Assembly (NCBI RefSeq): GCF_006345805.1
Contig: NC_043026.1
Coordinates: forward strand, 10,850,001-10,914,000
From: Octopus sinensis
Lineage: Eukaryota
DNA length: 64,000 nt
Direction of reading: 5' to 3'
The translations under genes were made by a program, and so were the position numbers. This document shows, piece after piece, positions 1-12,666 of this stretch; the first letter of the stretch is position 1, and each line of letters starts with the position of its first letter. A model generated the notes under the pieces. It had not been told where the DNA came from. It did no database searches and saw only the letters and a program-made list of their open reading frames with translations.

Positions 1-227
1 TTTGTTTGTCCTTGTTTGTCCCCTCTATGTTTAGCCCCTTGTGGGTAGTCAAGAAATAAATATAACATATTGTTGACCGATATCTGATTTAAACTGATCC
101 TTTCCTTAGCTAAAAACTACAACAAATGTATATATTATATGCTATTCACATAATAAAGAATGCAGACATATTTGTATAGTCAATAATTGTGTTGTTTAAT
201 AGTTTGAGACATTTTTTATAAAAGATA

Positions 228-794
228 TTGGGTTTTCCAGAAAGTCCGTGCCAATTTTTAAAGGAAAGAAAAAGGTCAATAAATACTTGCCATTACATTT
301 TTAATCAATCAAATATGAACCATTTTGTTGCACAATGCGTCTTCGTCTTTCCTTTAACTTGAAAATACCTTCTTCCCAGAATTGAGGTGGTTTCATGGCA
401 AAGAATTCATCAAGGTATCTTTTTACGTCATCCAAGGAATTGAAATTTTTACCATTAAGACTATTCTGCAGAGATCTGAATAAGTGGAAATCCGAAGGAG
501 CAATATCTGGTGAATATGGAGGGTGGGGTAACACATCCCAGCCGAGCTGCAGCAAATTTTGTCTGGTTCCCAAAGCATCAAGTGCCGAAAATGAACTTTC
601 TTATCTTCCATTTTAAAAGGTTACAGAATTAACACAGGTTATAGGAACACAAACCTTCTTCCACGAAAAGATAGCTTAAACTGTGCTCTAAATAGAGGTG
701 TAGTCAAATCCTATTTTATGGACTCAAACCATGTTCTAAAATAAGTCGAAAGGTAAGCTGCTATAAATTGGCATGAACTTTCTGGACAACCCAA
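228..794 (-). mobile_element. Internally deleted mariner transposon
   Basis: ~30-bp imperfect TIRs (ttgggttttccagaaagtccgtgccaattt / aaattggcatgaactttctggacaacccaa). The transposase start MEDKKVHFRH is fused to the C-terminal part HPPYSPDIAPSDFHLFRSLQ. Confidence 0.9.
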
Positions 795-1492
795 AATATT
801 CTGCTGTTATGATTTAGAATAGTGGGGCTATGGGTCCCTTTGATTCCTATTTTACTCAGATTGACCCTTATAGCCATGCAGCGTTTTTAAAAAATCCTGT
901 TATATTTTTATAATTAAATATTAGGAACTGTATCTTAAAAAATTGTTAAAATATTTTGTGTATTTCACATAAATTTTGACAAAATCTTTATAGACTTGGT
1001 TGAGAACCATTGGCTTAGAAAAACATCCAAGTTCTTTGGATGGTCAGAATTGGATTGTGTTTATTCATTGGAAGTGTTGTACAATGTGAAATACACAAAA
1101 TATTTTAACAATTTAAATGAATAAACACAATCCAATTCTGACCATCCAAAGAACTTGGATGTTTTTCTAAGCCAATGGTTCTCAACCAGGTCTATAAGGA
1201 TTTTGTCGAAATTTATGTGAAATACACAAAATATTTTAACAATTTTTTAAATACAGTTCCTAATATTAAATTATAAAAATATAACAGGATTTTTTTAAAA
1301 ACGCTGCATGGCTATGAGGGTCAATCTGAGTAAAATAGGACTCAAAGGGACCCGTAAAAAGAAATGGAGCCCCACTATTCTAAATCATAACAGCAGAATA
1401 TATTGGGTTGTCCGGAAAGTTTGTGCCAATTTATAGTAGCTTACATTTTGACTTATTTTAGAACATGGTTGAGTTCATAAAATAGGTTTTAC
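705..1492. repeat. Large imperfect inverted duplication (~365-375 bp arms, ~46-nt spacer)
   Basis: 705-1069 is the reverse complement of ~1116-1492 with scattered mismatches. Confidence 0.9.
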
Positions 1493-2369
1493 TTGAAATT
1501 TTCTCTCAATATTGCTGCTCAGTGGTTGAAGCGTCAGGCTCACAACCATGAGTTTGATTCCCTGACTGGGTTGTGTGTTGTATTCTTGAGCAAGACAACT
1601 TTATTTCACATCACTGCAGTTGATTCAGCTTTAGAAATGAGTTGTGACGTCACTGGTGCCAAGCTGTATCAGCCTTTGCTTTCCTTTAACTTGAAAATAC
1701 CTGTTTAAACCGGCCAAATCCGGCCCAATATATTCTACATGTTTTATATTCAGACTGGCGATATCTAGCCTCTCAAAGCTATAAGATAATGCATGATTAA
1801 TTCAAAACAATTTGAGTGAAAAAGTATTACATTTAACAGAGTAATCTGAACACTACAGGGTTAAATAACATCAGTGGCATGGAGACGGGAGGCTGGTATG
1901 CATGGGCGACTGCTGGTCTTCCATAAACAACCTTGCCCAGATTTGTGCCTCAGAGGGCAATTATCTAGGTGCAATCCCATGTCATTCATGACCGAAGGGG
2001 GTCTCTACCCTTTATCTTTTATTTATTCTTCTCTAGAATAAATTGATTTTATATGATAAAGGCTGTGAAATAACCGTGGTTGTGTGGATGCAGTTGGTGA
2101 AGTAAATTTTTTCATTTTATGTCTTCTCTCTTCCTTTATATTTTTTTACATATATCCTTTTATTGTTTTTATTCTTATGCTTCAGTCAATTGACTGCAGC
2201 CATGCTGGAGCACCACCTTGAAAGGTTTCAGTCGAATAAATTGACCCCAGGACTTTTTACTTAAGCATAGTACTTATTCTATTGGTCTCTTCTGCCAAAC
2301 TGCTTGGTTACAGGGATGTAAACACACCAACACTGAGAGATACACACAACACACACACACATATATATA

Positions 2370-2570
2370 TTTACTCTTTTACTCTTTTACTTGTTTCAGT
2401 CATTTGACTGCGGCCATGCTGGAGCACCGACTTTAGTCGAGCAAATCGACCCCGGGACTTATTCTTTGTAAGCCCCGTACTTATTCTATCGGTCTCTTTT
2501 GCCGAACCGCTAAGTGACGGGGACGTAAACACACCAGCATTGGTTGTCAAGCAATGCTAGGGGGACAAAC

Positions 2571-2603
<33 letters not shown>

Positions 2604-2768
2604 CATATAGGACAGGCTTCTTTCAGTTTCCGTCTACCAAATCCACTCACAAGGCATTGGTCGGCCCGGGGCTATAGCAGAAGACACTTGCCCAAGATGC
2701 CACGCAGTGGGACTGAACCCGGAGCCATGTGGTTGGTTAACAAGCTACTTACCACACAGCCACTCCTG
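2370..2768 (-). mobile_element. tRNA-derived SINE family B (CORE-like ccttgggcaagt block, internal TA/TG microsatellite, gtaaaaga tail; possibly octopus OR2-related)
   Basis: Near-identical ~400-bp copies at ~2796-3145(-), 16290-16680(+), 22842-23260(+), 23840-24228(-), 28918-29335(+), 32740-33125(+), 33750-34115(+), 46690-47092(-), 51810-52172(+) and 58611-59030(+). A/B-box-like head ggctgtgtggtaag...ggttcagtccc. Confidence 0.85.
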
Positions 2769-3776
2769 TATATATATATACATATAGATATATATTTCTT
2801 TCAGTCATTTGACTGCGGCCATGCTGGAGCACCGCCTTTAGTTGAGCAAATCGACCCCAGGACTTATTCTTTGTAAGCCTAGTACTTATTCTATTGGTCT
2901 CTTTTGCCAAACTGCTAAGTTACAGGGACGTAAACACACCAGTATCGGTTGTCAAGCGATATTGGGGGGGGACAAACACAGACATACAAACACACACACA
3001 CATATATATACATGCACATATATGACAGGCTTCTTACAGTTTCCGTCTACCAAATCCACTGAGGCTATAGTAGAAGACACTTGCACAAGATGCCACGCAG
3101 TGGGACAACCATGTGGTTGGTAAGCAAGCTACTTACCACACAGCCAGTTGTACCAGTTACAGCCAGTTAAGTTCCAGTTACATACTGGAGCCGATCTAAT
3201 CGACTGGCTCCGTCTCCCTAAATGTCGGGCCTTGTGCTTATAGTAGAAAAGAATATTGAACTAGCAGAGAAAATACTTTGGATTGAGAACATTGGAGACC
3301 TATTACCAATGAAGGAATAACAATTTTTGAGACCAGTAGGACTGCCGACCAAGGAGAAAAGATAGACAAAAACAACCAAAAAGGGACCTTCCGTCTTGAA
3401 TCACCTATCAAGAAAGAAATGGACTCATCTGTCACCTCAGAGTCCATCAATAACTAGAAAGAAAAAAAGAACAAAGACCATCCTCAATCTCGAGGACTAT
3501 CCATGATCTAAGGTCATCAACTAGACTTAGGCTCCGAATGTGGAAACTATTATAGCTGCCTATCTTATACAGACGGTCGCTCTCTGTGCTAGATATAGCA
3601 ACCAAATCTTTCTCAAATTACCCCGTGTTTTTATAATAAAGGAAAACAGACAAGATTTAGATGTTTTATTTAAAATGTCAGGGCGGTCACGTTTGGAACA
3701 CACTTAGTCCATAAGTCAGCGCGGTAAGGATAGACGTTTGGCTAACAGCAACATATTTACAGGCACACACACACAC

Positions 3777-3814
<38 letters not shown>

Positions 3815-3822
3815 CACACATG

Positions 3823-4098
3823 CACGAGGGATTGACGAAAAGTTCCCGGCTTGGATCTTTTCGGTTACAAACTGCCGTTCAAACCGAATAGATCCCCCGG
3901 CTTTACGAGTGTCGCGAAAGGCCTGGTTGGAGGCCCGACCTTTCGAGTTTTTTTTTTTTTTTTTACAGATCTTAGAAAACCTGAAGGATCGCTGCAGTGT
4001 GTAGATCTGACTGGGGAATATGTTAGATAAAATCATAATTAAGTGATGCCCCTCTATGTTCTTTTATTCAAAGCCAGGAACTTTTCAGCAAGTCCTCG
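3823..4098. mobile_element. Mariner-derived MITE
   Basis: Imperfect TIRs cgagggattgacgaaaagttcccggctt / aagccaggaacttttcagcaagtcctcg followed by TA; related ends at ~43425 and ~45510. Confidence 0.7.
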
Positions 4099-4486
4099 TA
4101 TACACACACACACACACATAGAGAGAAAGAGAATGATGCACACACACATATATACACATTTACGTTCACATACATAGACATGCAAACACAAATACATACA
4201 TGTACACACACACACATATAACACACCGCACGCGTGTTCAAGAGTCTATATTTTCCAGTATTGTTGGAATAATACTGATTCGATGAATTATTTCATATAT
4301 TATATAATAATATTTAACCAGTAAACTTCTGGTAAAGTGTTGATGAATAATTATGTAATGAGACGAGTTGCTCACTCGATTCTCCGTTAGTGCTTATATA
4401 TATATATATATATATATATATACTATATCTATCATCTACCTATTTATCTATCTATATACACACACAAGTAAAAACGCCGAAGTAGC

Positions 4487-4688
4487 CTGTATGTGGTCTC
4501 TTAGCTTACTAGAAATAACAGCCAAAATTTTATTACACCCGGTTTAAAAAGGGACTCGTTAGAAAATGCAATCCTTGGTTTTTCAACCACTTAGGTAAAA
4601 GAAAAAACGTGACGGTCACTGTTGGAACGTTTTTCATTATAGATATGCGCGATCTCGGTTGACCTGGGGCTAAACAACAACTACAACG
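4487..4688 (+). repeat. Dispersed repeat family D (ctagaaatagcagccaaa...gacctggggctaaacaac tail)
   Basis: Diverged copies at ~3570-3720, 7600-8100 (tandem partials), 10110-10330, 26870-27020, 27250-27430 and 61405-61530. Confidence 0.6.
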
Positions 4689-4979
4689 CCATGAAGAATT
4701 ATAAATAAATATTGTCGTCTGTTTATTTAATGTGGATAAGGATAGCGTAGATATGAAAAATAATTCATTGAATCACGTTGGAGAAGGTTAAATACTAGTT
4801 TCATTTAGAAATTGGAGGTGTTTTGACTTGAAATGAAAAAAAAAAAAAAAAAGAACCGCCGCCATAGGAAAAGCAGCCGGTCGTAGACAAAAGACAAGGC
4901 GAAGCCATGTGAAAAATATACAGAAATAACAAATGCGGACGTTAGAAACCGGGATTAGGTGCTTCCATAGATGTATTTC

Positions 4980-5490
4980 CTGCTGGCTGCTGTTGTTGCT
5001 GCTGGTGCTGCCTAGGCCTGGCTTTTGTTGTTTGTTGTCGCGGTGCGGCGGCGGTGGTGTTGTTGTGATGAAGATGGTGACGGTGATGGTGGTGGTGGTG
5101 AAGATGGCGGCGGCGTTAGTAATGCTTGTTGTTCTCGTGGTGGTGGTGATGGTGTTGGGGGGGGGTGATATGGTAGTAGTTTTAGTGGTCGTAGTGATGA
5201 CACTGATTATGGCGGCGGTGGTGGTAGTGGTGGTGACGGTGTCAGTGAAAGCAGTAGTAGTAATAATGTGTGCAGTGATGGTGGTGGTGATGTGGTGGTG
5301 ATGCTGGTGACGGCGGCGGCGTTTGTGACGATGATGGTAGTGATGGTGGTGGTGGTGTTGTTGGTGGTAATGCTGGTGACGGCGGCGGAGTTTGTGACGA
5401 TGATGGTAGTGGTAGTGGTGATGGTGGTGACGGTTGTCATTTGTAATAGTAGCAGTAAGAGTAGTGGAGATAATGGTGGTGGTGGTGCTG
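4980..5490. repeat. (GGT/GAT)n low-complexity tract
   Basis: Degenerate trinucleotide repeat. Confidence 0.9.
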
Positions 5491-6589
5491 GTACCATTTA
5501 TTCCCAGGTTCAAATGTAACAATAAGCAAGCAGCAGAAAGAAATCCCGTTTCCTTCCTGAATCCCTCTCTTTCTCTCACCAACAAAGTCAGACAGAAATG
5601 TGTGTGTGTGTGTTTGTGTACAACGGCGGCATTGTCCCAGATGTTAAATTATGTCATCCTTGTTATTCTTTCGTTATTTTACATTGTTTTAGTTAGTTAA
5701 ACTGCAGCCATGCTGGAGCACCGCCTTGATGGATTTTAATCCACAAACCAGCACCAGTTGTCAAATGGTGTGGGCAATAAACACGAGGACACACACGCAC
5801 ACACATACCCACTTGCATAATGTTCCCCCACCACCAGGGCTGGATTAAAACCCATCGAGGCCCCAAAGAACTTGAAAGATTTTGGTGCCCCATAAAAGAT
5901 TATGTAATTCAAAATATAAAGAACAATAAACCATAGAATAAATTTTTAATTTTCAAAACGAAACAAAATAAGAGGGAAAATAATGTTCATTTTTGTATAT
6001 TTCCATTTTATTTTTATTTGAAAAGTTTCCTCCAACTTTTTTGAATTGCAAAATCTTTGATTAGATCCTCAAAATTAATCTTACTTACATGTTTAGACAC
6101 AGGAGTAACAGTGTGGTAAGTAGCTTGCTTACTAACCACATGGTTCTGGATTCAATTCCACTGCATGGCACCTTGGGCAAGTGTCTTCTACTATAGCCTC
6201 AGGCTGACCAAAGCCTTGTGAGTGGATTTGGTCGATGGAAAATGAAAGAAGCCCATCGTATATATATATATATATATACAAAATAAGAAAATGGAGAAAT
6301 ACATCCAAATCAAATATCAATTACCAGATAATACCCAATCACATACTTTATTAGTGATTGGATATTATCTGGTAATTGATATTTGATTTGGATATATTTC
6401 TCCATTTTCTTATTTTGTATTATGAATTTGTGGTAAAACATTTTACCTTTGCCCATATAATACAGTAAATGAATTAATTGCATCGCAATTCTTAACATTT
6501 ATGTATTAACTTTGTTGGGTACTTCACTAGCAGTATATTGGATATATGTTATCCCATGAAGGGTTGCATTTACAACCCCTATCTCAATT

Positions 6590-6626
<37 letters not shown>

Positions 6627-6963
6627 CATTTTGTGCACTAATTATGAAATCATATGATCTGCAGCTGAATGTGACACATCTGAATCTATACTTAGTTGAG
6701 ATAAAAGCATCCTGAATATTATTTTTGTGCTATAAACCATTTACCATTTCTGTGGTGCTCCCTCCTTCCCTTGATGCTCTAAGCACATGCTTATTTTGCT
6801 TAATGGTTAATCCAGCACTGCACACCATCCTTCACTGTTCCTTGAGAGTATGTCCCAGAACATCTTTGCCATCTCTTTCAGCATCGTTCTCCTTATCTTA
6901 TTCTCTAACTCGTTCTCCATTCCTTTTCCAACCGGAGTATCCATGTATCTATTTTGTAGCAAG

Positions 6964-7366
6964 ACACTTATCTCTGTCTCTCTATAACTTTAATCTCTCA
7001 ACTGGCACAAAACCACATGCTCAAAATTATTCACCCTCCACAGTTGAGGGGGTATTTTGTCTTGCAATGTACTTGTTGACCCAGTTGGTGATGGTGCCAC
7101 ATAAAAAGCACCGAGTACCATTCTGTGAAGTGGTTGGCATTAGGAAGGGCATCCAGCTGTAGAAACACTTATCTCTGTCTCTCTATAACTTTAATCTCTC
7201 AACTGGCACAAAACCACATGCTCAAAATTATTCACCCTCCACAGTTGAGGGGGTATTTTGTCTTGCAATGTACTTGTTGACCCAGTTGGTGATGGTGCCA
7301 TATAAAAAGCACCGAGTACCATTCTGTGAAGTGGTTGGCATTAGGAAGGGCATCCAGCTGTAGAAA
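6964..7366 (+). repeat. Direct tandem duplication, period ~201 bp
   Basis: 6964-7164 repeated from 7165 almost identically. Confidence 0.9.
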
Positions 7367-8229
7367 CCATGCCAGAACAGGCAAATGAAGCCAGGTGCAG
7401 CTCCCAGCCTAGTAATTGATTCAAGCAGTGACAATGCAGAGTTTTCTCAAACCCTGCTTCATCTCTCTTTGGTTTTGCTGATGGCAAGGGACTCCCTTTA
7501 GTGTTGGTGGCTTGGAAAATGTACCACTACACTCTGTAAAGTGGCTCATGTTAGATGTAGAAACCATGGTGAAAAATGAGAGCTAAGAGAAACATGTGGC
7601 CCTCCACTGCATGTAGGAATCTTGTAAAACTGTCCTAAGTATACTTTTTCTGAATAAAAAATGAGATGGTTATGGTAGGAAGCTCTTTAATCAGAGGTCT
7701 CTCAGATAAAGACTGACTTAGGGCTAAGCAACAACAAAAAAGGACGTTAGATGATGTAGTCCTAGATACATTATGTCTGAATAAAAGATGGAGTGGTTAT
7801 AGCTGGAAGATCTTTGATTATATGTCTGTTAGATCAAGACTGAGCAAGAGCTAAACAGTAATATCAATAAGGAGGAACACGTTTTGTAATTTAGTCCAAG
7901 ATACACTATGTCTTGATGGAAGACAGAACGATAGTAGCTGGAACACCTTTGATCACAGGTCCGCTGGATCAGGAACGACCAGTGACTAAACAACCACAAG
8001 GAAGGTTGCATTGAGTATATTAGTCCTAATATTCCTGGAATACCCTTTGTTCGTAGGTCTACAGGACCAACAGTGACCTGGGGTTATACAACAACCACAG
8101 CAGCAGCAGCAGCGTCTCCCCTTTTTACACCTAGCCCTAGAGGTCGCCACCAGTCGTTAGAACGGTTAATAGAAGGAGAAAGCGTCATCATCATGATCAT
8201 CATCATCGTGATCATATCTGGACATAATC

Positions 8230-8860
8230 AGCAGCAGCCAGTTCTTGTCTGACCTCTCACCTCCCTTTTCCAATCTCTCCCTCTTCCCATTTATATCTCT
8301 GCCTCGTCCTCTCCCCCTCTTTCTAATTTTCTGTTCTCCTTCCCTCTTCTCTGCTCCTAACAACTCCCCTTCCTCACTCCTCTCTGGAAGTTGCTCCCTA
8401 TTTCACTCTCACCACCCTTTCACCACTCTACATCCCACCCTCTCTCCTCTATATACTTTTCCTCCCTTGCTCTCAATTCTTCCTATATTTTCATTCTCTC
8501 TGTCTCCAAATACCTTCCTCTCTCTATATTTTTATACCTTCCTTCCACACCTCTTTCCATTCCTCTCTCGCTCATTCTCTCCCCCTTTCTCTCTCTCTCT
8601 ATTCATCTGTCTTTCTATATACAAGCCTCCTTCCAACACTCTTTTCTATATATTTTGCTCCTCCTTTCTCTTTTTCGTTTTCCCTCTCTCCCCCTTTCTC
8701 TATTTTGACTCTCCCCATTCCTATCACTCTCTCTTATAAACCTACCTCCTCTTTCTCCCTACCCCTCTCTCTTTACTCTTCTCATTCCCTCTCTACTTTT
8801 ACCTTTCATATTCCATCCCCCCCTCTCTCTCTTTCTCTGTCTCCCTTCCCTCTCCTCAAC
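8230..8860. repeat. Polypyrimidine (CT-rich) tract upstream of HDAC1
   Basis: Strongly C/T-dominated for ~630 nt. Confidence 0.85.
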
Positions 8861-9026
8861 TCCACCAACTAACCAACTACAATAAGCAGCAACAACAGCA
8901 GTAATCATCATCACCATCATCATCATCATCAGCAGTAACAGCAGCAGCAGCCTTAATCATCAGCAGCAGTAGCCTTAATCATCAGCAGCAGCAATAACAG
9001 CCACGGCAGCAGCAGTAGTAGCAGCC

Positions 9027-9034
9027 ACTTCCGG
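9027..9034. promoter_or_regulatory. ETS/GABP-type motif ACTTCCGG in the putative HDAC1 promoter/5'UTR
   Basis: Exact match ~360 nt upstream of the ATG; a common housekeeping-promoter motif, function not shown. Confidence 0.25.
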
Positions 9035-9390
9035 CCTCTCTCATTTCACCCTTTTACATTCTCCATCTCAGCTGTGGCTTTTCTTTCTCTCTCTCCCTTT
9101 AACTCGAACTGGAAAGGTCTGACCGGAGGTTATTCGGTTGACAACACTTACACACACACACACACACATACACACGCGCGCACATACACAATATATATAC
9201 ATACATACGTATTTATATAGCCAGCACACATTCATACATACACATATATCTCTACACTCACAACTGATATTTAAATTGAGAGGCAGGGCGGCTTATATAT
9301 ATATACATACGTATTTATATATATATTATATAGATTGCTGTGTATATATAGTTATATATTATTTACTATATACACAAAAGAAGTAGAAAA

Positions 9391-9439
9391 ATGACCACTC
9401 AGGGACACAGTAAGAAACGAATATGTTACTATTATGATG
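9391..9439 (+). CDS. HDAC1: HDAC1 coding exon 1 ([17 protein letters not shown])
   Basis: ATG at 9391, donor gtaagt at 9440; 49 nt. Confidence 0.95.
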
Positions 9440-9480
9440 GTAAGTTCAACTTTTATTCTCTTTGTGCATTAATACACGTG

Positions 9481-9517
<37 letters not shown>

Positions 9518-9549
9518 GCGTGTGTATATATATATATATATATATAGGC

Positions 9550-9580
<31 letters not shown>

Positions 9581-9605
9581 GGCGTGTGTATATATATATA
9601 TAGGC

Positions 9606-9666
<61 letters not shown>

Positions 9667-11508
9667 GGCGAGGTGGCAGAATCGTTAGCACGCCGGGCGA
9701 AATGCATAGCCGTATTTCGTCTGCCGTTACGTTCTGGGTTCAAATTCCGCCGAGGTCGACTTTGCCTTTCATCCTTTCGGGGTCGATATAATCGACTTAA
9801 TCCGTTTGGCTGTCCTTGTTTGTCCCCTCTGTGTTTAGCCCCTTGTGGGTAGTAAAGAAATATATATATATATATATATATGGTGTGTGTATATGTTTGA
9901 GCGCGTGTATATATGTATTTGTGTCTACATCTCTTTGAATGTTAGGTGTGCTTATGTGTGTGTATGTACACGTATGGATGTATATACGTATAGGTTATAC
10001 ATCTTCCTCGTTACATATATCTACACATGTGATTGTGTAATTATATATATATATACACACTCGTGAATATGTATGTTCATATCTTTATTTCCCTACTTCG
10101 AGCTCCATCCTAGTACTGTTAGACATAGCAGCCAAATCTCCCCCAACTACGCGGTATACCGTCTTAAAAAGAAGGATATATCGAACAATGAAGTCTTGTG
10201 TATAAACGGATAGTCATGGATGGCACGTCTGTCACGTTTGCTTAATCAGTATTGACCCATGAACTTGTACGTGTTCACTCGAAATGCTAGAAATAGCAGT
10301 CAAATGTATATTCGTCTAGAAAAGTTATACATTGGAAAATATATTCTGGGTATTACTTTTTTAGACATTGGACTGTAGCCATGATGTAGCAACGTCTTGA
10401 AAAGTTTTAGTCAAATCGATCACTACATTAAAAAAATCTTGTGAGTTTTGTCGACCTGCTCCGTGACGGGGACGTAAACAAACCAACATCGATTGTGAAG
10501 CGATGGCTGTCGTGGCTGTGTGGTAAGAAGCTTGCTTCTCAAACACATGGTTCCAGGTTCAGTCCCACGATGTGGCAAGTGTCTTCTACTATAGCCTTGT
10601 TAGTGGATTTGGTATACGGAAACTAGAAGAAGCCCGTCGTATATGTATATATTTGCTTGTGTTTGTTCCCCCCGCCATCGCTTGACAACCGACGCTGGTG
10701 TGTTTATGTCCCCGTAACTTAGCAGTTTGTCAAAGGGACCGATAGAATACTGGGCTTACGAAGAATGTCCTGGGGGTTGATTTCTTCGACTAACACCCTT
10801 TAAAGCAGTGCTCTAGCATGGCCACAGTCAAATGACTGAAATGAGTAAAAGAATACACACACCCAAAGGCCTTCTACTCTAATAAGATCCACTCTCAAGG
10901 TTTTGGTCAGCCTGGAGCATTGGTAGAAGACACTTGCCCAAGGTACCATGCAGTGGGATTGAACCTGAAACCATGTGGTTTCAAAGTGAGGGTTCTTAAC
11001 TACACACACACACAAAACGCGACGTGATAGTCACGGATGGATGAGTTTTGAAAAACCAGCCATGTTTCTTTTCAACCGTACGCGTCTCAGAAAAAGAGCT
11101 GTTAGATAATGAGGTCGTGTCCGAGATGCTTTTGATCAAAAGGGTCCCTGAAGTCCGGAGCTAATGACCAATTTGTGTGTGTATATATGTATATGCACAC
11201 ACACAAATTAGTCAATTATATATGTAGGCGCAGGCATAGCTGTTGTAAGAAGTTTGCTTCTCGACCACATGGTTCCGGGTTCGTTTCCATTGTGTGGCAC
11301 GTTGGGCATGTGTGCTTTTAGTCTAGCCCCGGGCCAACCAAATCCCTGTGAGTGGATTTGGTATACTTAAAGAAACCCATCGTGTGTATGTATGTATATA
11401 TATATATATATATCGTTTGTAGAAATACATAAATTCGATGGAGAAGCATACTCAAAGATGTAGAGCAGAGCAGTTAACATTAAGGGCGGCTCCATAAATC
11501 GGCCCCCG

Positions 11509-11544
<36 letters not shown>

Positions 11545-11851
11545 AAAAGACATCCTTTAAGAGGTATTTATGTCCTTGAAATAAAATATATATAAATGTG
11601 TATATATATGCATTCTTTCAACGAAAGAACGCTTATATATATTTATTTATTTATTGTCAGTGTTGGTTTTGTTTTACCTGTTTATGTCCTAGCGGTTCGG
11701 CAAAAGGCACCGATAGAATAAGTACCATGTGAGGGCGGGATAAGAACTGTGGTTGGTTGGTTCGTTCGATGACCTGAAAATGCGGTGCTCTAGCGTGGTC
11801 GTTGCCCGACGACTGAAACAAGAGAAAAAATAAAAAAAAAAACGAACACGT

Positions 11852-11914
<63 letters not shown>

Positions 11915-11955
11915 AAAGTGAAAGCGTTGAGAGACGCATCCGGATACGTCTGTAT

Positions 11956-12004
<49 letters not shown>

Positions 12005-12521
12005 CACACAACTCTAAGCACAACGACCAACCCTAGACCCTATATACTGCTTATCAAGCAGTGTGTAGTTTCAAATCCCGCCCAACCTCTCCTCACGTCT
12101 CTCTCTCTCTCACACTGGCTTCTGCTGTCTGTGGAACACTCTTATCTTCCTACTACTCTTTTTTGTACGCATGGATCTCTCACTAAGTAGGGGCTGATTT
12201 ATAACAATATATAAATGTATTTGTTTTACTATTTAGATAATGTTTGTATATGTATATATATATATATATATATATCATATATATATTCATAAAGAAGTAT
12301 GAATGTGTGAGCAAATCTATCTATCTACCTATCTGTCGGTCTGTCTATCAATATATCTATCTGTCTATCTACCTGTGTCTGTCTACCTGTTTGTATATAT
12401 AATCTATTATCTGCCTGTCTATCTATCTCTTTTTTTTACTTTGTTTTTGCCCCCCTCGAAAAGAAAAACTCTACATTGTAATTGTCCCCCCCCCGTGTCT
12501 AGCCCTGTGTGGCCAATAAAG

Positions 12522-12553
<32 letters not shown>

Positions 12554-12627
12554 TATATATCTCTGTATCTATCTATCTCTATATATATCTATCTACCTAT
12601 CTACCTACCTACCTACCTATCTATCTA

Positions 12628-12666
<39 letters not shown>

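Noticed and set aside
2544-3123. Recurrent [13 protein letters not shown] / [10 protein letters not shown] peptides as a gene family
   Set aside because: Translations of SINE family B copies with variable frames and stops
5101-5111. YY1-type motif AAGATGGCGGC suggesting a promoter
   Set aside because: Lies in a GAT/GGC-rich simple repeat where it arises by chance; no linked exon found
4788-5585. 265-aa Thr/His-rich ORF and overlapping ORFs
   Set aside because: Translation of a (GGT/GAT)n tract, open in several frames, with no domain or splice support
9663-9760. tRNA genes at SINE heads (also ~28918 and ~57430-57506)
   Set aside because: Only A/B-box-like remnants fused to multi-copy SINE bodies; no convincing cloverleaf
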